A stretch of 64,000 nt of DNA from Camelus dromedarius (lineage: Eukaryota): assembly GCF_036321535.1 (NCBI RefSeq), contig NC_087437.1, positions 24,368,001 to 24,432,000 on the forward strand. Reading direction: 5' to 3'. A program made the translations under genes and the position numbers. Below are positions 36,942 through 48,720 of the stretch, one piece after another. Below the pieces are notes generated by a model. It was given only the letters and a program-made list of their open reading frames with translations, was not told the origin of the DNA and did not search any database. Position 1 is the first letter of the stretch. Every line of letters begins with the position of its first letter.

Positions 36942-37674
36942 AATTGTTTACATTGTGAATCACAGGTTATAGCATAGTCTGGTGAGCTGAAGTTGCATGA
37001 AAGAGTATACTCATCTTGTTTATCTAATCTGAATATCAGGAGTATGAATTATTTCCTTTGAAACATTTTAAGCAACTTGAGAAGGAAATGTAGTAGGATC
37101 CAGCCAATAGTCCAAGGAGAGTCCCAGTAGGCAAGAAGGTGTCCAAAAAGAGAAGTACAGATAAGGAGAAAGTAGGTTAACATCTCTCTTCCTGATTACT
37201 ATTGATGTTCTGAAGTGACTTCAAATAGACTGCATATTAAAAATTTAAAGTATTATTTCATTGCTCCTTTGAATTTGTGGAACTAACTCTTAAAGCTTCA
37301 TTGATACTGATCTAACTAGGGAAAGAGGGAGGAATATTGCATCTTCTGTCATAGGCAGAAGATGAACCTTCCTCAATAGTTTTTTTTTTTTAAACAGTGG
37401 ATAAAATTACTTTATTAAATTACTTCTACACCTGAAGATTAATTTTTCTCCCAAGTTTTTCACATTAATTGGTGATTGTTCCATTGTGTAAGTTCTCCTT
37501 TAAATAAAGAAATTCATCAAATGGTTTAGAAGTAAGGTGAGAAAACAGATTTTTGCCTATCTCTAATTTCAACAAAAGAGTCATTTCCTCATCATTGGCG
37601 ACATTAGTCAAGGACCAAAATCGATTATGTGTTTTGATCATGTCCAAGATAGGACTAGGTTTCAAATTATAAAC

Positions 37675-37780
37675 CTGTGGTTTTTCAAAGAAGAAAACTC
37701 AAGACTCGGAAAAGTAAAGTGATTTACCCAACACCCCATGACAAGACAGTGGCAGAACCAGAATTAAAAATCCAGCATTA
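37675..37780 (-). mobile_element. MIR remnant
   Basis: tttttcaaagaagaaaactcaagactcggaaaagtaaagtgatttacccaa...gtggcagaaccagaattaaaaatccag. Confidence 0.6.
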
Positions 37781-38040
37781 TAAGTATCCTGTGACCAACC
37801 ATCCATCATCTCTTCTTTGCGAGTTAGTCGCGTTTATCAAAGTCCAGAAGGGGCAGCTGGTCATGGCCAGTTGCAGAGCATCCTGGCCACCTGATAGTCT
37901 ACTAGTCACAAAATGAGCTGACTGTGGTCTCCACAGGCCTGGAAGAGTGCTATCCAAAACCAGCCCACTGTGGATGGTTGTGCTGCTCTCTCTACACACG
38001 GGCGCCTCATGAAAGGGGTGAAGCTGAGCTGAAAGCTTTG

Positions 38041-38440
38041 TGTGATGGTTCACTTTACACATCACGTTGGCTGAGCCTTGGTGCCTTGCCATGTGGTCAA
38101 CCACTAGTCTGGATGTTTCTGTGAAGGTGTTTTCTTGGATAAGCATACCATTTAAATCGGCAGATGTTGTGTAAAGCAGACTACCCTCCATAACACGGTG
38201 GGCATCATTCTACCAGTTGGGACGTTCATAGAATAAAAAGACCACTCAGAGAAGAAATTCTGCCACTGGACTCTCTTTGGACATTTCCCGACATTTCCAG
38301 TCCACCATCGTGACATGTCAAATTTTGGACTTACCAGTCTTCTACAACTGTGTAAGCTAGTTCCTTAAAGTAAACCTCTCTATGGGTCTCTCTATATATC
38401 CCATTAGTCCCGTTTCTTTAGAAACTTTTGGTTTAGTGCC
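38041..38440 (+). mobile_element. ERVL solo LTR (MLT2-like)
   Basis: Starts tgtgatggttcacttt; contains ctggatgtttctgtgaaggtgtttt and gtaaagcagactaccctccataac; ends cccattagtcccgtttctttagaaac. Confidence 0.85.
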
Positions 38441-39554
38441 TTGGAATGAATTTTTTAAATAGTAAAGAAAACTTGAAACATGCCTTTGAAAGATGTCTGC
38501 GACCTCAGAATCAACTGCAACACAACTAGATTGGAAAAGAAGAAGCCAGAAAGTACTATCAGGTGAAGAAGTCTTCTTTCTGAGCCCAATTCCTTCTTCC
38601 ACTCTAGCTTTGACCTATGGCTTCCGCCTCCCCGTCCTGGCCATGGCCTCTCTTGCTACTGATTGCTCTGCTCCCTGCAGCCCTGATACCTATGTGACCC
38701 CTACATAGATGATTCTGTTTGTTGTTCTGTCCCTGGACTGTACCCTAACTCTTTATGAATAGCACAGTCATGACAGCTCAGCAGAAAGGTCCTCGTTCCT
38801 TCACTTGACAAATTTCGGCATTGGGGCAGTGGAATTTGATGTATATTTATTAATTCATATTGCCCCAGCCTACTTCCCATAAATGTTGCTCAATAAATTA
38901 ACATTAATTTATTAGTAACTGAAGTATGTTCCCATTCCCTAAAAGTAAAATATTATAATTAGAGTTAAGTAGGATCTTGAACCATTTGCTTTTTCTAGGT
39001 TGTAGGCATATTTGACATAAAGTATTTTTCTATCAAAAATAATACATAACAAAATTAATTTAATTCAATAAAATGAGGTAGCTACATGCTGCTAATGAGT
39101 ATGATAAAAAGGGGAACCTCACAAGCATAATTATGATAAAATTCTAATGAATGATCCCAAGGCAGAAGATCACAAATTAAGGCATACCCAGGCAGAAGAC
39201 TGACTAGAATATACAATTCAGTACATGGCACTGAGAGAAAAAAAGTAAATTTTAGTCAAGAAACCAAATCACATGCAATTTTGGGTAACTTTTTGGTTTC
39301 CTATATCATGAATATGAAATATTCTCACAAGTGTGTGTGTGCATGTGTGTATTCATTTTATATATATTCATTTTATATATATATATTCATTTTAAAGTTT
39401 TTTCCAATATATTACATGTAGTATGATTTCAGTGTCTCTTGGTTTCTTTACTGGTGGAACAATAATTAAAGCAAGGGAGAAATTTTTTTCAATAAATGCT
39501 TCTCTAGTTAAAGACATAATTATCTACATTGAATGACCACCACCAGCTCTCCTC

Positions 39555-39790
39555 CTTTCTAAAGCCTTTCCTGATCTCAGCGATTCCACACTGTTGACTT
39601 CAGGACAATTCAAGCCTATCTACTATCTTAGTTTAGTGCTCATTCTTTGACATTATTGTTATATTTCTATGCACATAACTTTAACACATTACTAGATTCT
39701 AACCTTTTTCAGAGCAGGAAATGTGTTTCTAAGAATTCTTTGCATCTTGCGCATGGCACCTTGTAGTTGGATGCTCAGTAGGTAAGAAGC
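39555..39790 (+). mobile_element. L2 3' remnant
   Basis: aagcctttcctgatctc...actagattctaacctttttcagagcaggaaatgtgt...catggcaccttgtagttggatgctcagta. Confidence 0.6.
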
Positions 39791-40429
39791 ACTATTCACT
39801 CTTTGAGCAATGCTGGACCTATTAGATGAGGTTGGCTTTCGTTTGGAAGGGGGATGAAGACAATGAATAATTTAAGTTTGGTTTGGTTAAACTAACAAAG
39901 AATCCATACTTGGTGTTCCAGGACCACTAAAGCTTGCCAACTGAAGGATCACAGTTAACGTCACTTATATTCACCTTCCTCACTTGTCTCTTTGGTAGGA
40001 AGGAACTAGAGCTATAGACAAAACTTAGAAGAAACTAGCAATAGTAAACAGATCTTTTACCATTGCCAGCCAACAGTGCATGTGTTTGTCTGGTTGTCTT
40101 AATGACTTCCACTCTGTAATAAATTTCTAGCACCCATTCTCTACGAAACATTCCAAAATCAGCTCTCTGTATTTAGTCTCCAGCTGCCCTCTTCAGACCT
40201 TGGGCTTTCATTCAAGTTAGCTCTTCTACATCTTTGTTTTATAAGTGAAAACACAGTTGGCCATAAAGAGACTCACTCTTGTTCAAAAGTATTTTGACAC
40301 AAACTTTTGAAATTTAAATTGCTTTTTGGTGGACAGCTCCCCATGGGGTTTGTTAGATTTATAATTCCTTATCTACAAGTCTTAAGCAGAAGAGGAAATA
40401 GGCACATTCTCCAGATTCACCTATTATTC

Positions 40430-40550
40430 ACTCTCATATTTCATTAAAGAAGTATTTATTGAACACAGGCTATGCTCCAGGCACAGTGATACTTCTGGGG
40501 AGATAACTGCAATCAAGGCAGTACGGCCCCAGTCCTTATGGGACTACCAA
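40430..40550 (-). mobile_element. L2 3' tail remnant
   Basis: agtatttattgaacacaggctatgctccaggcacagtgatac...ggccccagtccttatggga. Confidence 0.65.
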
Positions 40551-43500
40551 CAAAAGTGAAAATTTTAAGAAGCAGAGATCTCTCAGGCTTTGAGACATAA
40601 AAATACATCATCTAAGGCCATAACACATGCAAAACAATTAAATAAGATACTGTGAATCAAGTTAACTACAGTAGACAGTTCTAATGAACATGGAGGCCGA
40701 ATAGAATTGACCTTTGACTAGGAGATTATGCAGTTTAGCTCAGAAAAAATACCCAGTCATGTTACTTCATGGCAGAACCAGAACTAATTTTTTTTGTTGT
40801 TTTCTGATAGATTGCTTTACTTGATTAAATGGGACAAGAACAAGGCCAAGGTGCAGAATAGTATCAACTCAAATCCACTTCAGTCACATAAGTTTCATTT
40901 CTCCTTTTTCTACCTCATCTTCTGACTTACTCCAGCACTCTGCCTTTATTGAAAAGAGTAAATCACAGACAAAACAAACAAAGAACAGTATTGTTATTAC
41001 CAGTGGGTTACATCAAAGGGGACTTGCCCCATGAGTTCTGCCAGCCTTGGAGATTTCTTTTGTCTTTTTTTCTTTTATATTTGTTGAAAGAGAAAACATA
41101 ATGGCATCTCTCCAAGAAGAGATTCTAACCTTAAAAAACAATTGAGAAGAAAAAGTTACATTTTTCTCTGGATCATATATATGAAACAATTATGGGAAAT
41201 GACTAGTCTCCCTAGTGTTGCTCAAGAAAATTATTAACCAACTTTAAATAAAGATTGCTGCTGTCCACAGAGTTAGTCCTCACAAATCACAAGTCTACAT
41301 CTGTAGAAAGACATTGGAGGGGCCCCCTTAATTCCCTCTCAGAAAAAGTTTCCTGTATTCCGCATTTTAGGTCAGAGCATTCCAACCACACCTCCAAACA
41401 AGGCAAATATGTTACCCAACAAGACATAACAAAACAGAACTAGAACATTGATTTGATGTATACAGATTTACAAACTATGGTTTATCCCACAAGAATCTAA
41501 ATGCATACCTCCTTAAAATCTCATTACGTATAACAAAAACCTAGGCCAGAAAACTTTTTAAAAGGATATAATTACATTCACAGCTTAAAAAGAAGTTGTA
41601 AACTCTTTGCAACTTCTAGGTTAATAATCTTGTTGAGAGAATTTCATGATTGTTCCTTCCCTTTTTATGGGCACTTTTTTTTTATTGTGGTAAAAAATAC
41701 ATAAAATTTGCCATCTTAACAATGTTAACTACATTGTTGTGCAACAGATCCCTAGAAATTTTTCATCTTGCAAACATGAAACACTATCCATTGAACAAAA
41801 TATTTCTGTTAAAAAACACAGATGTGTAAGCATCTCTCCAAGATCTTGTTTTTAATTCTTTTGACATATATCCAGAAGTGGGATTGTTGGATCATATGGT
41901 AATTCTAATTTTAAGTTTTTTGGGAACCATCCCCCCCACAGTTTTCCCTAGTGGCTGCACCATTTTACATTCCCACCAACATGCCACAAGTGTTCCAATT
42001 TCTCCACATCCTTACCATCACTTATTTTTTCATAGTGGTCATCTTAACAGCTGTGAGTTACTATCTCAGCATGGTTTTCATTTGTACTTTCCTACTTAGT
42101 AGTGTTGTTGAGCATCTTTTCAAAGGCTTGTTGGGCATTTGTATATATCTATTTTGAAAAATGTCTATTCAAGTCCCTTGCCCATTTTTTAAAAATCTGG
42201 TTGCTTTCTTGGTGTTGAGTTTTAGGAGTTGTTTATATATTGTGAACATTAATCCCTTATCATATATATTTTTTCTGTTTTTTTCTCCCATTCTGTAGGT
42301 TACATTTTTCACTGTTGTTACTTGCTATACAGATTTTTTTCTTTAATTTGATGTAGTCCTATGTGTCAATTTTTCCCTTCGTTGCCTTTGCATTTGGTGT
42401 CCTATCCAAGAAATCATTGCAAAATCCAATAGCATGAAGCTTTTCTCTTATGTTTTTTTTCTAGGTATTTTAGTTTCAGGTCTTACCTTTAGACCTCTAA
42501 TCACTTTGAGTTATTTTTATATATGGTGTAAAGTAAGGATCCAACTTTATCTTTTTGCATGTGGTGTGGTTTTCCCAACACTATGTTTTAAAAAAGACTA
42601 TCTGTTCCCCTGTTGTAACTTTTGCACCTTTATCAAAAATCATTTGACTAAACATGTGATGGTTAATTGCTGGGTTCTTTCTTCTGTTCCATTGCTCTAT
42701 ATGTCTGTCTTTATACCAGTAGTATACTGCTTTGGTTACCATAGCTTTGTAGTAAGTTTTGAAATCAGGATGTGTGAGGTCCCAGCTTTCCTCTTCCTAC
42801 TAAGAATTATTATGGCTGTTCAGGGTCCCTTGAGCTTCCATATGAATTGTAGGGTGGACTTTTCTATTTCTGAAATAAGGCCATTGGGATGTTGATAGAG
42901 ATTGCATTGAGTCTGTAGATGGCTTGAGTAGTATGGATATTTTAACAACATTAAATCTTTCATTGTATGAAAATGGGTTATCTATTTTTTTAATCTTCTT
43001 TAATTTCTTTCAGCAATGTTTTACAATTTTCAGAACACAAATCTTTCATGTCTTGGTTAAGCTTATTCCTAAGTATTTTATTATTTTTGATGCTACTTTA
43101 CAGGGGATTGTTTTCTTAATTTTCTTTTCAGATTGTTCACTGTTATTGTATAAAACCACAACTGATTTTTGCATATAGATTTTTGTATCTTGCCATTTTA
43201 CTGAAATTGATTAATTCTGACAATTTTTTGACAGATTCTTTGGGATTTCCTATGCATAGGATCAGCAAATTATGACAATTTTATATCTTCCTTTACAACA
43301 TAGATGCTTTTATTTACTTTTCTTGCCTAACTGCCTTGACATGGACTTCAAGTACTATGTTGAATAGAAGAACAGAAGTGTGGTAAGAGTAGACATCCTT
43401 GGCTCAGTTTTGATTTTAGAGGAACAGATTTCAGTTTTTAACCATTGAGTATGATGTTAGCTACAGGCATTTTATATATGATTTTTATTATGTTGATTCA

Positions 43501-45163
43501 GTTTTTTCTGTTCTAGTTTGTTGAGTGCTTTTACTATAAAAGAATATTGAATTTTGTCAAATGCCTGTCCTTCATTAATTAAGATGAACATGTGGTTTTG
43601 TTCTTTATAATTTAATGTGGTATATTACAGTAATGACTTTCATATATTGAATCATTCTTACACTGCGGGAAAAAAATCCCTCTTTGTCACAGTATGTCAC
43701 AGTATGATAGTATTAATGTGTTGTTGAATTTAGACACCTATTATTTTGATGAGGATTTTTACATCTGTGTTCATCAGAGATATTGACCTATAGTCTTTTC
43801 TTTAGTACCACTGTCTGATTTTGGTATCAGGGTAATACTGGCCTCATAAGGAAGAGCTTGAAAGTGTTCCCTCCTCTTACATTTTTTGGAATAATTTGAG
43901 AAAGATTTATGTTAATTCCTCTTTAAATGTTTGGTAGGATAATTCAGTGAAGCCATTCAGTCCTGGGCTTTTCTTCATTGGGAGGTTTCTTTAATTACTG
44001 ATTCAATCTCACTTCTAGTTATAGGTCTGTTCAAATTTTCTATTTCTTCATGATTCAGTCGTGGTAGGATGTATGCTTCTAGAAGTTTATCCATTTATAT
44101 AGGTTATTCCATGTGTTAGCATATAAATGTTCATTTCGTAGTAGCCTCATAATCTTTTGTATTCTGTGGCATTGTTGTAACTTCTCTTTCATTGCTGATT
44201 TTTGTTATTTGAGTTTTCTTACTTACCTAGCTGAAGTTTTATCAGTTTTGTTGATCTTTTATTAAACACACAGCTCTTACTTCTGTTGACTTTTTTCTAG
44301 TGGTTTTTAAATTTTCTATTTCATTTATTTCTTCTCCAATCTTTATTATTTCCTTCTTTCTGCTAACTTTGGGTTTAGTTTGTTATTTTCTTAGTTCCCT
44401 GAAGTCTAAAGTTAAATGTTGATTTGTGATTTTTTTAGCGTAGGTATTTATTGCTCCAAATTCCCCTCTTAGTACTGCTTTTGCTGCATCCCATAAGTTT
44501 TTGTATGTCGTGTTTCCACTGTCATTTGTATCAAGACATTTTCTAATTCCCTTTGGGTTTTCACCTTTCACCCATTAGTTTATCAAGAGTGTGTGATTTC
44601 ATTTCCCCGTATTTCTTCACTTTCCATTTTTCTTTTGCTATTGATTTCTACTTTTATTCTATTGTGGTGAGAAAAGATATATTGTGTTATTCAGATCTTA
44701 AATTTGGTGAGACTTGTTTTGTGTCCTAATATTTTATCTATCCTGGAGAATGTAATGTGCATACTACAGAAGAGTGCTGCTGTTAAGTGGCACTTTCTGT
44801 ATATATCTGTTAGGGCCAATTGGTCAATTTTTGTTTAAGTCTTCTGTTTCCTTATTGATTCTCTGTTCCTTACATGATTAAAAATTAGATCTTGAAATCT
44901 ATTATTATATTACTATCTATTTCTCCAATTTTATCAATGTCTACTTCATATATTTGGATACTCTGTTAGTTGCATCTATATTTATAAACATTACACTTCC
45001 CTGATGAGTTGATCCTTTAATTGTTATTAATGTCCTTTGTGTCTTGTAACAGTTCTTGATTTAAAATCTATTTGTCTGATATATGTATGGCCACTCCTAC
45101 TCTCTTTTGGTCACTATTTGCATGGAATATCTTTTTCTATCTATTCATTTTCAGACTATGTCT

Positions 45164-48100
45164 CCACAGCAGCTGAATAAACATTCTTTTCAAGTGTGCA
45201 TGGAACATTCTTTAGGATAAATGTATAACAGGCCACAAAACAAATCTTAGAAAATGTAAGATGAAATCTTACCAATTATCTTTTCTGACCACAACAGTAT
45301 GAAACTGGAAATCAGTAAGAGAGAAGTACAATGACCTGCGAATATTTGGAAACTAAACAATCACTTCTAAACAACCACTGGAAAATAAATCAAAAGGGAA
45401 ATAAAAATCTTAAATGTAAATAAAAACAACATATCAAATATTGTGGAATGTCACGAAAGTAGTTCTGAGAGAAAAGTGTATACCGTAAACACATATATTA
45501 AAAAATTAGAAAGAACTTAAATAAACAATGTAACTTTACACACTAAGGATCCATTAAAAAATAATTAAACCCAAAGTTAGTAGAAGGAATGAAATAAGGA
45601 TCAGAGCTGAAATAAATAAAATGGAGACCAGAAAAACAATAGGAAGGATCAACAAAACTAAGAGCTGGCTCTTCAAAAATATAAACAAAGTTGACAAATC
45701 TTTAGCTAAACTAAGATAAAAGTCTCAAATAAATAAAATTAGAGATGAAAAATGAGACATTGCAACTGATATCACAGCAATAGATAGGATTATAAGAGAC
45801 TACTATGAACATTTATATAGTAACAAATTATATATCCTAGAAGAAATGGATAAATTTCTGGATACAAACTACCAAAACTGAATGGAAGAAATAGAAAGTT
45901 AAAGCAGACCAAAAGTAAAGAAATTGAATCAAAAATCAATAAATTCCCAACAGAAAACTCCAAGACCAGACAGCTTCTCTGGAGCACTCTACCAAAAATT
46001 TTAAGAAAATTTAGTCCTAATTCTTCTCAAACTCTTTCAAGTTATCAAGGAGGAGGGAAGACTTTCTAACTCATTCTATAAGGCCAGAATTTCTTTGACA
46101 ACAAAACCAGACAAGGGCACCACAAGAAAAGATAAATATAGACCAATATTTCTAAAATATATGCAAAAATCCTCAACAAAATATTAGCAAACCAATTCAA
46201 AAACACATTAAAAGGATTATATATTATGACTAAGTGGGATTTATCTGTGGAGTGCAAGGATGGTTCAAATATGCAAATCAATAATTGTAATACATAGCAT
46301 CAATAATGGAAGGTAAAAATCATATGATTTTATCTCAATGGATGCATAAAAAGTATTTGATAAAATACAACATCATTTCATGATAAAAAATTGTTAACAG
46401 ACTGAGTATAGAAGGAACATAACTCAACATCATAAAGGCCATATATGACAAACCCACAGCTAAGATACTCAATGTAACGAAATGGAAAGCATTTCCTCTA
46501 AGATTAGGAACAAGGCAAAGATTTGACCTTCCACATTCCATTCAAGCATTCCATTATACTGGTCCTAACTAGAGCAACTAGGCAAGACAAATAAATAAAA
46601 GGCATCCAAATCAGAAATGAAGGAGTAAAATTGTCATTATTTTCTGATGACATGATCCTATACAGAGCAAATCCCAAAGAATAGTTTAAAAAAAAAAAAC
46701 TGTCAAATAAATCAACAATTTCAGTAAAATGGCAGGATACAAAATCAACAGACAGAAATAAATTGCATTCCTTCACACTAATGATGATGCATCTGAAAAA
46801 GAAAGAAAGTCATCCCAATAGCACCAAAAACAATAGTTAGGAATAAATTTTACCAAGGAAGTGAAAGATCTATACAATGGAAACTACAAAACTTTGCTGA
46901 GAGAAATCGAAGACACAAACAGAAAAACATCCTGTGTTCGTGGATTAGAAGAATTAATATTGTTAAAACTGTCATACCACTCAAAGCCATCTACAGATTC
47001 AACACAATCCCCATAAAAATACAAAAGGCATTCTTTTCAGTAGTTGAATAAATAAACCTAAAATTTGTGTGGACATACAAAAGACCCCGAATAGCCAAAG
47101 CAATCTTGAGCAAAAAACACAGCCAGAGATATCGGACTTCCAGATTTCAAACTATACTACATAGCCATACTAATACAAATAGTGTGATACTGGCACAAAA
47201 ACAGACACATTGACCAATGAAAAAGATTAGAAAGCTCAGAATGAAATCCATGCATATACAATCACCTAGTATTTGACAAGGGAGCAAGAGTACTCAACAG
47301 GAAAAGAAGAGTCTCTTCAACAAATGGTGATGGAAAAACTGGAGAAATACATGCAGAATAATGAAATTGAACCCCTATCTCACACCACTTACAAAAATTA
47401 ACTTAAAATGTACCAAAGACTTAAACATAAGAACTGATATCATAAAACTCCTAGAAGAAAACATAAAAGAGAAGCTAATCAATATTGGTCTTGGCAATAC
47501 TTTGGAGGGAGGACATGACACCAAAAGCACAAACGGCAACAAACAAATCAACAAAAAACTACATCTAACTCAACTTCTGCACAGCAAAAGAAACAATTAA
47601 CAAAAGGACTGCCTTCAGAATGGGAGAAAATTTTTGAGAACCACATATTGGATAAGGGGTTAATATCCAAAATAGATAAAGAACTTAGTCAACTCAGTAA
47701 CAAAAACAAAAACAAAAAAGATTAAAAAATGAGAAGAACTAAACAGACATTTCTCCAAAGAGAACCTCAAAATGATCAACAGATACATGAAAAGATGACC
47801 AACATTACTAATCATCAGGGAAAGGCAAATCCAAACCACAATGAGGTACCACCTCACATCTGTTAGACTGGCTATCATCAAGAAGACAAGAGTTGCTGGC
47901 AAGGATATGGTGAAAGGGGAACAATTTTGCATTGTTGGTGAGAATATAAATTGGTCCAACCACTGGAAAACAGTATGGAGATTCCTCAAAAAGTTAAAAA
48001 TAGATCTACCATACTATCCAGCAATTTCACTTCTGGGTATATAACCAAAGGAAATGAAAACAGGATTTCAAGTTGATATATACACTCCCATGTTCATTGC

Positions 48101-48624
48101 AGTATTGTTCACAATAGCCAAGATATGGAAACAACCCAGATTCCAGTCAGTGGATGAATGTATAAAAAAGATGTGGCACATATACACAATGGAATATTAT
48201 TCAGCCATGAGAAAGTTATCCTACTTTTGCTACAACATGGGTTGACCTTGAGCACATTATGCTAAGTGAGGTAAGTCAGAGAAAGACAAGTGCTGCATAT
48301 CATTAATATATGGAATCTATAAAAGTTAAAATTCTAAAAATCAGAGTAGAATGGTGGTTACCAGGAGGTGGGGAGAGGGGAGATAAGAGTGATGGCATTT
48401 AAAGATACAAATTTATAACAAGTAGAAAATAAGCCATAGTGCTGTAATGCACAATATAATCCATATAGACAACAATACTGTACTATGATTATGTAATGTT
48501 AATATGATAAATATTGCTACACTGGCATAGTACAAAGTAATATCAAAGTAACATACTGTACATCTTAAATGTACACAAGTTACATGTCAAATTTATTCAA
48601 TAAAAATTTTGAAAAGTTAAAAAA
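45164..48624 (+). mobile_element. 5'-truncated LINE-1 (L1MA9-like/laurasiatherian), degenerate ORF2 plus 3'UTR, nested antisense in the L1MB
   Basis: ORF2 peptides MKLNPYLTPLTKIN, MRYHLTSVRLAIIKK and [20 protein letters not shown] at about 46640; AATAAA at 48599-48604 with an A-rich tail. Confidence 0.9.
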
Positions 48625-48720
48625 CTAACAGTGTAATACACCCCAAAACATTGAATTGTATACTTTAAATTGATAAATTCTATGTACATGAATTTTATCT
48701 CAATAAATCTGTTACTTTAT
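48625..48720 (+). mobile_element. Extreme 3' end of an older L1 family (L1MB7/L1ME-like)
   Basis: aaaacattgaattgtatactttaaattgataaattctatgtacatgaattttatctcaataaatctgtt, with AATAAA at 48702-48707. Confidence 0.7.

Noticed and set aside
41878..43178. Plus-strand hydrophobic ORFs up to 153 aa
   Set aside because: They are antisense readings of a degenerate L1MB ORF2.
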